From positions 1 through 43,760 of the IMG/VR virus record IMGVR_UViG_3300032250_000760: a DNA stretch of 43,760 nucleotides; one strand, 5' to 3'. The position numbers and the translations under genes are program-made. How positions within the stretch are numbered: position 1 is the stretch's first letter; each line of letters opens with the position of its first letter. The notes beneath the pieces were generated by a model. That model saw nothing but the letters and a program-made list of their open reading frames with translations, had not been told where the DNA came from and did not search any database. This stretch comes from a virus (taxonomy: Duplodnaviria; Caudoviricetes). Below, piece after piece: positions 8,863 to 17,003 of this stretch.

Positions 8863-9198
8863 ATGGACATTTATACAATTTGGGCAAACAAAGAAGGTGA
8901 CATTTCTGATCTCGACTGGGTCACAGGAATGGAGAGTTTCTTTGATCATTTGGTATCCGAGGGCAAGATGGAAAACTATCGCATCACTAGATGCAAGATG
9001 GGATTCCGTTCAATTGCAGACATGCCGGAATGGATGATCTTGATGGAATTTAAAGACATGGGACAAATGGATTCCGCATTTCGTCGTGTGGCACCGCTGG
9101 AAGGTGAACTGGAAGTCAAACACAAGAGCTTCAATCAGTTTGTCAGCGGAGACATTCAACATGCCCTGTTCCGTGACTGGCCTGACCAAAACTTATGA
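8863..9198 (+). CDS. Hypothetical protein, DUF6614-like (dimeric alpha+beta barrel-like)
   Basis: MDIYTIW..SDLDW..HL..EG....YRITRCKMGF..EW.I..EF....QMD.AF...H..FN....ALFRDWPD; GGAG RBS. Confidence 0.55.
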   Translation: MDIYTIWANKEGDISDLDWVTGMESFFDHLVSEGKMENYRITRCKMGFRSIADMPEWMILMEFKDMGQMDSAFRRVAPLEGELEVKHKSFNQFVSGDIQHALFRDWPDQNL

Positions 9199-9719
9199 AC
9201 ATTCTCGATCATGTACCCATAGTACCTGATTGGCCCAAGCCTGGTGTCAACTTTTTTGATGTAACTGGCATTCTCTCCCAACCCGATGCATTTGATTTTT
9301 GTTGCAGTTGGCTAGAATCTCAAGCACAGCAATACACAGCTACCAGTCTTGTGGCTGTGGAAAGCCGTGGATTTGTGTTTGCTGCTCCTGTAGCTAGACA
9401 GCTGGGCTTGCCATTGATCTTGGTTCGTAAAGGTGGCAAGCTGCCGGGTGCAACAATACAGCACAACTACCAAACTGAGTACAGCACCGACACCATCGAA
9501 ATGCACCCACATGCTCCAGTAGGCACACACCCGTTGATTGTGGATGACCTATTGGCCACTGGCGGAACTATATTGGCAGCAGCTCATTTGATTCGCAGCC
9601 AATGGACCGACGCTGTGATTTCTGCTGCTGTGATCATACACTTAGAGAACTTGCCCGGGGCGGCAGCATTGAATGCCAACAACATCAACTGGACCAGTTT
9701 GATCAACACCAATGAATGA
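9195..9719 (+). CDS. apt: Adenine phosphoribosyltransferase
   Basis: PDWPKPGVNFFDVT, AVESRGF, VRKGGKLPG, Y.TEY, PRPP-binding LIVDDLLATGGT. Confidence 0.93.
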   Translation: MNILDHVPIVPDWPKPGVNFFDVTGILSQPDAFDFCCSWLESQAQQYTATSLVAVESRGFVFAAPVARQLGLPLILVRKGGKLPGATIQHNYQTEYSTDTIEMHPHAPVGTHPLIVDDLLATGGTILAAAHLIRSQWTDAVISAAVIIHLENLPGAAALNANNINWTSLINTNE

Positions 9720-10254
9720 TCTTATATTAATTGCTATCAAGGAAGAAGCACCCAATCTCCAACACATGATGAATGTGTTCTACACCGGAGTTGGCAAGGT
9801 AAATGCTGCCATGACTGCGGCACAGCTGATTGAACGTTATCGACCCAAACGTGTGATCAACCTTGGCACAGCAGGCGGCATCGCTGTGACTGCTGGTCTG
9901 CATGAATGCACTCGTTTTGTACAACGAGATATACGATGCCTAGGACTGGGATGCAGCAATGGCCAAACACCATTTGAAGATGACATTATCTTAACCACTG
10001 GCCCTGTGGGACTTACCTGCAGTACCGGCGATGACTTTGTGATGAACCCAGAACTAGACATTCCAGCAGATCTAGTAGACATGGAAGCCTACGCCATTGC
10101 CAAAGTCTGTCTGCGTAATCGTATTGAATTTAGATGTTTCAAGTACATTACTGATCAAGCAGATCACTCAGCTCATACCACATGGCAAGACGCTGTTTCC
10201 CAAGGCGAAAAATTCTTTGTTGCTAAACTGCAAGAACTTGGCATAACCATTTAA
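9712..10254 (+). CDS. mtnN: MTA/SAH nucleosidase-like (PNP_UDP_1 family)
   Basis: IAIKEE, GVGKVNAA, INLGTAGG, STGDDFV, VDMEAYAIA, KYITDQAD. Confidence 0.88.
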   Translation: MNDLILIAIKEEAPNLQHMMNVFYTGVGKVNAAMTAAQLIERYRPKRVINLGTAGGIAVTAGLHECTRFVQRDIRCLGLGCSNGQTPFEDDIILTTGPVGLTCSTGDDFVMNPELDIPADLVDMEAYAIAKVCLRNRIEFRCFKYITDQADHSAHTTWQDAVSQGEKFFVAKLQELGITI

Positions 10255-10302
10255 GAACTTCTGCGAAGTTCTATTGACTTCGCTCTGCTCGTCAATTTTT
10301 TT
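10254..10302 (+). terminator. Twin hairpins followed by a T-tract; probable terminator at the convergence point
   Basis: agaacttc-tgc-gaagttct (10254-10272); attgac-N12-gtcaat (10273-10296) followed by TTTTTT. Confidence 0.6.
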
Positions 10303-10319
10303 ATCTTCTTCTTCTTTAA

Positions 10320-10663
10320 GTATTATCTAGATTAACTGGTCACAATTCACCGTAAGCACGGTGAACGATGAGCCTAGCATTATCTGAGTAGCCCAGTCAT
10401 CTATCATAATGAGATTGCAGTTTCCTGCGCGGAGGCGGTTGACCGGTACCCCCTACTCAAGCTTCACATATCAACGGAACCCTAGTAACCCGATGTAGAT
10501 CCAAGTCCTATAAGCATGGGTCGTATCTTTTTCAACGGAGCCCAAACCATTTGTTGCCTTAAGTTAGCAATTGCCTTTGACGCCCAAGAATCCGAATATG
10601 GTATTGCACATATCCTCAATGGGGTTGGGCCATGTCACCCAACACAGTGTCGTTAATGCTGCC
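10320..10663 (-). ncRNA. Candidate ~340-nt structured non-coding RNA of unknown class
   Basis: No ORF in the track; dense stems, several with G-U pairs only on the minus strand, a GCAG-GAAA-CTGC tetraloop hairpin, a 7-bp pseudoknot and an internal 12-nt direct repeat (see findings). Confidence 0.7.
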
Positions 10664-11092
10664 TTACAATTTGTTTATAATGTGTGAGCCATGTACACGC
10701 ACTTGTATATGGCCGTTGTAATAATCTCGTGATTCCAATACTTGTCTTGCAAATTGTTCCCGTGCCTCAATGTAACTGCATTCGCTTTTGGATTTACAAT
10801 AGTAAAGTATTTCTCTGGTGAAGTTTTCGGTGCCTAGTTTTTCGATGTCCGAAGTCAATTCTGGGCTTGACCCATAGTACTCTCTCCAGTCTGAGTCGAC
10901 CTTTGATCGTATCTTTTTCTTCTTCTTTGTGCCGTTTTTAAGTTTAACAGTGCGTTGGGTTGTTTTACTAAATTTTGCTAATTTTTTGCCTATGTACTTG
11001 CGTCCAGAAAGATTATTTGTAATCAAGTAGACAAAGCCCACACAATCTTCGGGTAGAGTTTCAATCGGTTGATTGTTGTAAAGCCATGTCAT
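10664..11092 (-). CDS. Single-domain GIY-YIG nuclease (T4 Seg/EndoII-like)
   Basis: GFVYLITN...GRKYIGKK, WREYYGSS, NFTREIL, conserved Glu in YIEAREQF, YYNG; lysine-rich insert KNGTKKKKKIRSK. Confidence 0.85.
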   Translation of the reverse strand: MTWLYNNQPIETLPEDCVGFVYLITNNLSGRKYIGKKLAKFSKTTQRTVKLKNGTKKKKKIRSKVDSDWREYYGSSPELTSDIEKLGTENFTREILYYCKSKSECSYIEAREQFARQVLESRDYYNGHIQVRVHGSHIINKL

Positions 11093-11101
11093 CCAACATA
11101 C

Positions 11102-12199
11102 TTAGTTGGTCAACCACCCGACTGCATAGTTTTGATCCACAACTTGACATTTGCACTTTTGTTCACATTCCACCCAGGCCTTGTCTGGGTTGTCAAATGT
11201 GTCAAAGAGTTTGTTCCAAATTGGATTATCTAGGACTTCGCGTAAGGTGTGTGTCTTTAAATTCAGTTGATCTCGGTGTTGTTGATGGAAGCTGTCTTTG
11301 AAATTGATTGTTTTTCTATCTGTGCTCAATGCAACATATGGAAAACTTACCCAACTGCATGGATGTAATACTCCGTCTGCACTTACGTAGAGTCCTCGAT
11401 TTCCAATTGAACACATGGGTGTGATAAATTGATCGTGCTGTTGTTTGATTTTGATATATTGTTGTTGGTTGTGTGCCAGGTATGATTGATTGAGCTGCTG
11501 CCGGTCTGAGAGTTGTATAAAGTGTCGTTCGTAGCGGTGCGACGAACTTATAAATTCTGCTCGAGGTTCCAACACATCGTGTTGTCCACCATATGCGTTG
11601 CCATATTTGCTGCCAAACTTGGTACTGTAGGTAAGTTGAACACCGTCGCAGCCTATGTTGCGAGCTTGTTGTTGAATGGAATCTAGATGATCTTGATTGA
11701 ATGAAAATACAATACTCGCCCAGTAAACATGCGCCGAGCTTTCTTGACACATGATTTTCATACCAGTCATAATAGAATCCCAGTCACTGCCAATTCTATA
11801 TAGATTGTTAGTGTCGTGCGTGTGACCATCGACACTGAAGTTGATGGTGTCATACTCATTTGAAATTTTAGCAAACTCTCTCCACCAAGACTCTTTACGG
11901 TAGCTGCCATTGGTTATGGTATACACATGAATTTTGGGATTGTGCATTTTGATATAACCGACAATTTCCAAATACTCACTGGCATATATAGGATCGCCAA
12001 TATCACCACACATGGTAATGCGTTGAACTTGCGTTTTTAACAACTCAGGAGGCAACACACGTTTGAAAAAATCTAGATCAAGTTCTTTGTTCAGCCATGG
12101 AACAGGATCAGTGTCGTTTCGTGGACAACGAGGACACTTTAATGTACATTTTGCACTGACTTCAAAGTGCCAGTGGTATAGTTGCCACGGATAATTCAT
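11102..12199 (-). CDS. Radical SAM enzyme with SPASM/twitch-like C-terminus
   Basis: CTLKCPRC (CxxxCxxC), CGDIGDP, ITNGS, FSVDG; C-terminal C...YVSADGVLHPC and CEQKC. Confidence 0.9.
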   Translation of the reverse strand: MNYPWQLYHWHFEVSAKCTLKCPRCPRNDTDPVPWLNKELDLDFFKRVLPPELLKTQVQRITMCGDIGDPIYASEYLEIVGYIKMHNPKIHVYTITNGSYRKESWWREFAKISNEYDTINFSVDGHTHDTNNLYRIGSDWDSIMTGMKIMCQESSAHVYWASIVFSFNQDHLDSIQQQARNIGCDGVQLTYSTKFGSKYGNAYGGQHDVLEPRAEFISSSHRYERHFIQLSDRQQLNQSYLAHNQQQYIKIKQQHDQFITPMCSIGNRGLYVSADGVLHPCSWVSFPYVALSTDRKTINFKDSFHQQHRDQLNLKTHTLREVLDNPIWNKLFDTFDNPDKAWVECEQKCKCQVVDQNYAVGWLTN

Positions 12200-12798
12200 G
12201 GGCTCACTTCAATTATTTTTATAGATTTATCAAACAACACTGACACAATTTTGTCCACTGCGTGATCGGTTGTTTGATGAGGATGTTGATAAACATCCAC
12301 ATAGCGTTCTGGATATTTTGCATATCGATTGTTGTTGAAATTGGTTTTTGTCAGTCCTAACCTAACTTCAAGTAGATCAACACTGGGATATTCTATCCTC
12401 AACATATTTCCAAATTCTTCCAACGCTTTTTTGCTTAGACTGTAAATTAAATCATTTGGATAATATCGATTGTTGTTGGTACTGGTGATATTCACAATCT
12501 TGCAGTGAATATTTTTTTGCAATGCTTTCTTTGAAAGCAGTACCGGTGATATCAAATTAACATTTAAAATCTCAACAGCATCATTCACGTCGTGATTGAT
12601 CAAGTCCACTTTGCCGCCAACTCCGGTGGCCGCACAATTTATCAGCATGTCGTACTGCTCGATATTGTAGTTAATCACTGCAGGAATATTTGAAAGATCC
12701 AAGTCGGCACGTGATAATCCACTGACGTTGTGATGGGATAATCTTTTCAACAGCGACTGACCTACGCCGCTAGATGCGCCAGTGATTAGAATTTTCAT
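12196..12798 (-). CDS. Short-chain dehydrogenase/reductase
   Basis: ILITGASSGVG, LINCAA, IVNITS, catalytic YSLSK (YxxxK). Confidence 0.9.
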   Translation of the reverse strand: MKILITGASSGVGQSLLKRLSHHNVSGLSRADLDLSNIPAVINYNIEQYDMLINCAATGVGGKVDLINHDVNDAVEILNVNLISPVLLSKKALQKNIHCKIVNITSTNNNRYYPNDLIYSLSKKALEEFGNMLRIEYPSVDLLEVRLGLTKTNFNNNRYAKYPERYVDVYQHPHQTTDHAVDKIVSVLFDKSIKIIEVSP

Positions 12799-14558
12799 GC
12801 CAATTCTATGTCCGTGTTGTAGCTAGTAAAGCCATTCTCTTTTATCACTTTAAGAATGTTCTCTACACGACCTGCAAGTTCATCTCTATGACTCACAAGC
12901 CAGATTGATTTGTGTCGTTCACGGCTCATTTTCTTCAGCAGAGCCAAGGCATTTTCTACACCCTGTGTATCAAGTCCGTTGTCAATCAGTTCGTCAATAA
13001 ACAACAGGTTGATGGGCGAGTACAGGCTTTCCCATACATCGCGGAATGCCCAACTCATACTCAAGATCAAGCGGTTACGTTCGCCACGTGATAGGTTGTC
13101 AAAGTCCAGTTCACGGCCTAGTTCTTCGATGCTCACAGTGAGATCGTTTTGAAACTTCACAGTGTGTGGCAATCCAATACGATCCAGATAGTGCGTGAGT
13201 CGTTGATTCAAGTAACTCAGATTCTGATCAATGATTTTCTTACGTACAAAACTATCCTTACTGGTCAATAGTTTAAGCAAAAAGTCTTGATGATCCTGCA
13301 GGCGAGTGAGCTCGTTGATTGTGTCATAGCTTACAGTTTGCAAGGCCTGCCGTTGCATTTCCTCAATCTGTTCTGCATAGGGATTAACTTCGGCTGATCG
13401 AGTAGCAAGATCTTTGCGCAAGGTTTCTACGCTGTTGCGATGATTCAGCGCCATTTCTAAGCTGTCGTAAAACACAGTGGGTGCAGGTCCTAGAGTGCCC
13501 AACACAGACAAGGCGTCAAGATGTTCTATTCGTTGAGTATCATTGGCCAACAACTGCAATGCAGTTTCTTTCAGCGTGGACTCTTTGGCAGCTTTGATTT
13601 CGTCCTGCTTGTGGTCGTGTAGATCCTGTCCACAGGCGTAGCACTTGTGTTCATCCAAGGACTCAAGTTCTTTTTTGATTTTTTCAAACAGACGATTCAG
13701 TTTGATATCGTCTGCCTCGATACTGCGAATCCAACGATTGGCTTCGTCAATGGCTTTCTTTTTGACATGAAATGATTCCAAGTCTCGGTGTGCTTGTACT
13801 TCAGCATCAATATCAATGTGTTCAAGATCTGCAATGGCCTGTGTGAGCTTGGTCACATCTTCGTTGCGTTTGCTGATCCATAGTCGCTCACGTTTGCGTA
13901 GACTTTCAATCTGTTCTTCAATTCGAACATTGGCCTCTTGCAGGGCTCGAATACGAAATTCTTCCTGCGCAATACTGTCTTTGGTCTGTCGATTCAGTTC
14001 TTTGATACGATCTGCACGTTCACTCAATTGTGTAATGCCCAACAACTGTTCGATAATGGTACGTTGTTCATTGGACTTCAAGCTCAAGAACGGCTCAGTA
14101 TAGGTATTCAAAGCCAGCACATGTTTGAACATGTCGTGGCTCATGTTCATGATGCGTTCGATAGCATCCTGTGTTTCGCGGCTGTCGCCCTGTGCTTCGT
14201 CAGTGGCTGCTTGTGCTTCGTGATTTACAAAGAAACGCAACACATTGGGCTTGCGTCCACGTTCGATTCGATATTCTTGATTGTTCACCACAAAGTCCAA
14301 ACTGACCAACATGCCTTTGCCATTGGTTTTGTTTACAAGATTATCTTTGCGAATGTTGCTCAGGGCATTGCCGTACAAGGCATAGCTCAAGGCATTGATG
14401 ATGGTGGTCTTGCCGGTGCCGTTACGTGACCCGTCTCCGCCCAGGTCTAAGTTTTCGCCCAAGACCAAAGTAAGGTCGCTACGATCAAAATTGATGGCCT
14501 GTGTGGTATTGCCCACACTCATAAAATTTCGAACAGTTAAATTTTTAATTTGAATCAA
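12795..14558 (-). CDS. gp46: Recombination endonuclease ATPase subunit (gp46, Rad50/SbcC-like)
   Basis: RNFMSVGN, Walker A NGTGKTT, coiled coil with CYAC zinc hook, signature LSRGE, Walker B LFIDE, VSH; TTG start with GGAG RBS. Confidence 0.95.
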   Translation of the reverse strand: MIQIKNLTVRNFMSVGNTTQAINFDRSDLTLVLGENLDLGGDGSRNGTGKTTIINALSYALYGNALSNIRKDNLVNKTNGKGMLVSLDFVVNNQEYRIERGRKPNVLRFFVNHEAQAATDEAQGDSRETQDAIERIMNMSHDMFKHVLALNTYTEPFLSLKSNEQRTIIEQLLGITQLSERADRIKELNRQTKDSIAQEEFRIRALQEANVRIEEQIESLRKRERLWISKRNEDVTKLTQAIADLEHIDIDAEVQAHRDLESFHVKKKAIDEANRWIRSIEADDIKLNRLFEKIKKELESLDEHKCYACGQDLHDHKQDEIKAAKESTLKETALQLLANDTQRIEHLDALSVLGTLGPAPTVFYDSLEMALNHRNSVETLRKDLATRSAEVNPYAEQIEEMQRQALQTVSYDTINELTRLQDHQDFLLKLLTSKDSFVRKKIIDQNLSYLNQRLTHYLDRIGLPHTVKFQNDLTVSIEELGRELDFDNLSRGERNRLILSMSWAFRDVWESLYSPINLLFIDELIDNGLDTQGVENALALLKKMSRERHKSIWLVSHRDELAGRVENILKVIKENGFTSYNTDIELA

Positions 14559-14581
14559 TGATAACTCCGTAGTCTACCAGC

Positions 14582-14610
14582 ATTGTAACAATATCTGTAG
14601 TGGTTGTAAA
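14582..14610 (-). promoter_or_regulatory. Sigma70-type promoter for gp46
   Basis: TTTACA-17 nt-TACAAT with TGn extended -10. Confidence 0.65.
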
Positions 14611-14626
14611 CCAATTAGAATAAGTG

Positions 14627-16024
14627 TTATGCAGCACTTTGTTTGTTTCGAAAATGATTTCTTACCTGGGACAAGTTGAATTTATAAGAGTTAATAAATT
14701 CAGTAATATCAACACTGCTCACATGATCAATGGATAGCCCTGCGACCAACCGACTTAGATCTACGTTGATATCACTTACCAATTTGTCAATTTGGTCTTG
14801 AGAATAAGATTGATCGATCAGCAAGCATACTTGGTCCGATTCGCTGTCGCCGATTATGCACATCAAGCTGGGATTTCCGTGAACCTGCACACAACGTTCT
14901 AGTGCAGCCCACGGCACGTCGTGTTCTCGCAATCGAATACTTTTGTCTCGATTGTCATATCTTAGATTGCCTTCTGCATCTTGTACAAAATAATCTTGAA
15001 TCACATGCGACTTGACTTCCAACAACGGATGTGAAACTCGAAGATTATTTTGATCAGTTAATTCGATGCTGTAAAAACTGTCCAGTGGTGTGCCAAAGTC
15101 AAAAGGTGAGTAGCTGTCGTCACTCAGCTGAGTAATTTGGTTGCTCAGCACCGGCGACAGCACTTCAACTGCACCATAACTGTTGCGTATTGACTGAACA
15201 TTTTTTTCTTTGACTAACTTGACCCAGCTCTGCTGGTTCGCTACCAAATGAAATATTTTAACAGTGTGATTGAATCTTGGAGCACTGGTCAAAAACAGTT
15301 CCACAGCCAATGTGTGCGGCAACATGACCACGTTGATTTTGTGATCGTCGACATACTGAGCAAGTTCATTCATACGGTCAGGCACAAATGGCAGGCTATG
15401 TACCTGTTCAAACTGTGCAATCGCCGGCCATGCAAATGGAGGTATTATATTGTGTGCGCCACCGTGGACCAGCAGTGCTCGATCTAGTCCGGGCTGATCC
15501 AGTTCCAGCGCAGAGATATTGCGACGACACAGTGCATGCATGAACTCATGCGAATGATTGATCTTGTTTGGGGTTCCAGTAGATCCAGAAGTATTGAATC
15601 CAAAAACTGTATCGCTGGGTTGGCACACTGGAGGATGATCAATCACTGAGTGTTGAACACATTGATCAATGCGGCTGGACAGATAATGCAGTGCATGAAA
15701 TTTTTCTGCGGCCAAATCAACATGATCAGAAACTATCACATGCCACGGTGCCCATAGGTCTGGGTATGTTGGATGAAAAGATGTTTGTTTTCCGCCAAGC
15801 TCCCAGTTGGCCACAGTGACAGCCAACCAGTTGATGTCTCTAACTTCAAAGTCCAGGAAGAGTTGACTGCCGCGACCAAATCCAGTGTGTTGTACAAGCA
15901 CATGTTTCCATTGATTTATACAACGATCAATATCATCACGATGATGAGTTTGTATATTATCAAGTGTGCCTGAATACCAAGTTAACCTGGCATTCAGCAG
16001 GTCACGTGTCAGTACATTTTGCAT
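14627..16024 (-). CDS. Divergent adenylate-forming (ANL/AMP-binding) enzyme
   Basis: P-loop FNTSGSTGTPNKINHSH, SYGAVE (YGxxE), QDYFVQDAEGNLRYDNR (A7/A8-like). Confidence 0.7.
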   Translation of the reverse strand: MQNVLTRDLLNARLTWYSGTLDNIQTHHRDDIDRCINQWKHVLVQHTGFGRGSQLFLDFEVRDINWLAVTVANWELGGKQTSFHPTYPDLWAPWHVIVSDHVDLAAEKFHALHYLSSRIDQCVQHSVIDHPPVCQPSDTVFGFNTSGSTGTPNKINHSHEFMHALCRRNISALELDQPGLDRALLVHGGAHNIIPPFAWPAIAQFEQVHSLPFVPDRMNELAQYVDDHKINVVMLPHTLAVELFLTSAPRFNHTVKIFHLVANQQSWVKLVKEKNVQSIRNSYGAVEVLSPVLSNQITQLSDDSYSPFDFGTPLDSFYSIELTDQNNLRVSHPLLEVKSHVIQDYFVQDAEGNLRYDNRDKSIRLREHDVPWAALERCVQVHGNPSLMCIIGDSESDQVCLLIDQSYSQDQIDKLVSDINVDLSRLVAGLSIDHVSSVDITEFINSYKFNLSQVRNHFRNKQSAA

Positions 16025-16025
16025 G

Positions 16026-16988
16026 TTAATTCAACCGTATTTGATGTTTTTCTATTACCTGGTTGGCTAATTTTTTTGCAACAGCCAGGCGCTTTGCAAA
16101 ATCTGCAGACCCAGCGGGCGTAGATGTGCCGTGGCCTGCATTGACAGCGTTTACCACAGTTGCAGACTTTGACGCTGTGATTAGGTCGTATTCAATTTTG
16201 TCTGCTATCTTTTTGTCCAGTTTGTTGTAAACAAAATAGCCCAGCATGCCAGGCGAAACTCTGGCATCTTTTCCTGTGAGTTCGCGAACAGTTGGTACCT
16301 GTGGCAATTTTGGATTGCGTTTGTCAGTCATGGTAGCAAGCACACGTAGCTTGCCACTTTCGATCATGGCAGCGGCAGAACCGTAAGTACTGCACGACAA
16401 CGGAAAGGCCTGGTTGTGCAGATCGGTATACCAGGCACCGTACTCTTTGTATGCCACATGCTCGGCCGGTTGTTGACTCACAGCAGCCGCCAACTCAAGG
16501 CCGCAAAAATGGCCTATTGATCCCACTGCCCAAGATCCAAAGATAGGTCGTTTTTTGAATTCAGCAACAGCTTCGTCGGCAGTGCTGTATTTGGTTGACA
16601 CAATCACTAGCATTTCGCCAAGATACGATAATGCAATAGGTCGAATGGGTTTTGTCAGATCTTCACGATTGTTTAAAATCGGCATAGATGTGACAGCGGC
16701 CGAATCTACAGCCAAAATCAAATGATCATTCTGAATAGAATCCCTGTTAAACTCACTCAATGCAACCGCACCAGCGCCGCCAGGTCTATTTTCTACAACC
16801 ACTGGTTGCTTCCATCTAGCGGACAATTCCTCGGCAGTGAGTCTGAATACCACGTCGGGCTGTGACCCAACCGGTAGATTGGTGATTATTTTTACTGTGC
16901 GTGTGGGCCATTCTGTGGCATGTGCAGACACTGCCAATGCAGATAAAAATGCCAATTGGCTGGCCTGTTTTAAAATTTTAGTAAACAT
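16026..16988 (-). CDS. Bug/TctC tripartite tricarboxylate transporter substrate-binding protein
   Basis: Signal peptide ending AHA; WPTRTVKII..G...D...R; QPVVVENRPGGAG; SGKLRVLA; RNPKLPQVPTVRE. Confidence 0.9.
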   Translation of the reverse strand: MFTKILKQASQLAFLSALAVSAHATEWPTRTVKIITNLPVGSQPDVVFRLTAEELSARWKQPVVVENRPGGAGAVALSEFNRDSIQNDHLILAVDSAAVTSMPILNNREDLTKPIRPIALSYLGEMLVIVSTKYSTADEAVAEFKKRPIFGSWAVGSIGHFCGLELAAAVSQQPAEHVAYKEYGAWYTDLHNQAFPLSCSTYGSAAAMIESGKLRVLATMTDKRNPKLPQVPTVRELTGKDARVSPGMLGYFVYNKLDKKIADKIEYDLITASKSATVVNAVNAGHGTSTPAGSADFAKRLAVAKKLANQVIEKHQIRLN

Positions 16989-17003
16989 ATATTGTAATTT
17001 CTT

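Noticed and set aside
10255-11092. Group I intron with GIY-YIG homing endonuclease; tRNA, tmRNA or RNase P RNA
   Set aside because: Flanking genes are complete and convergent, so no interrupted host gene; I could not find P7, T-loop/CCA or RNase P P4 signatures by eye. A cmscan run is still needed.
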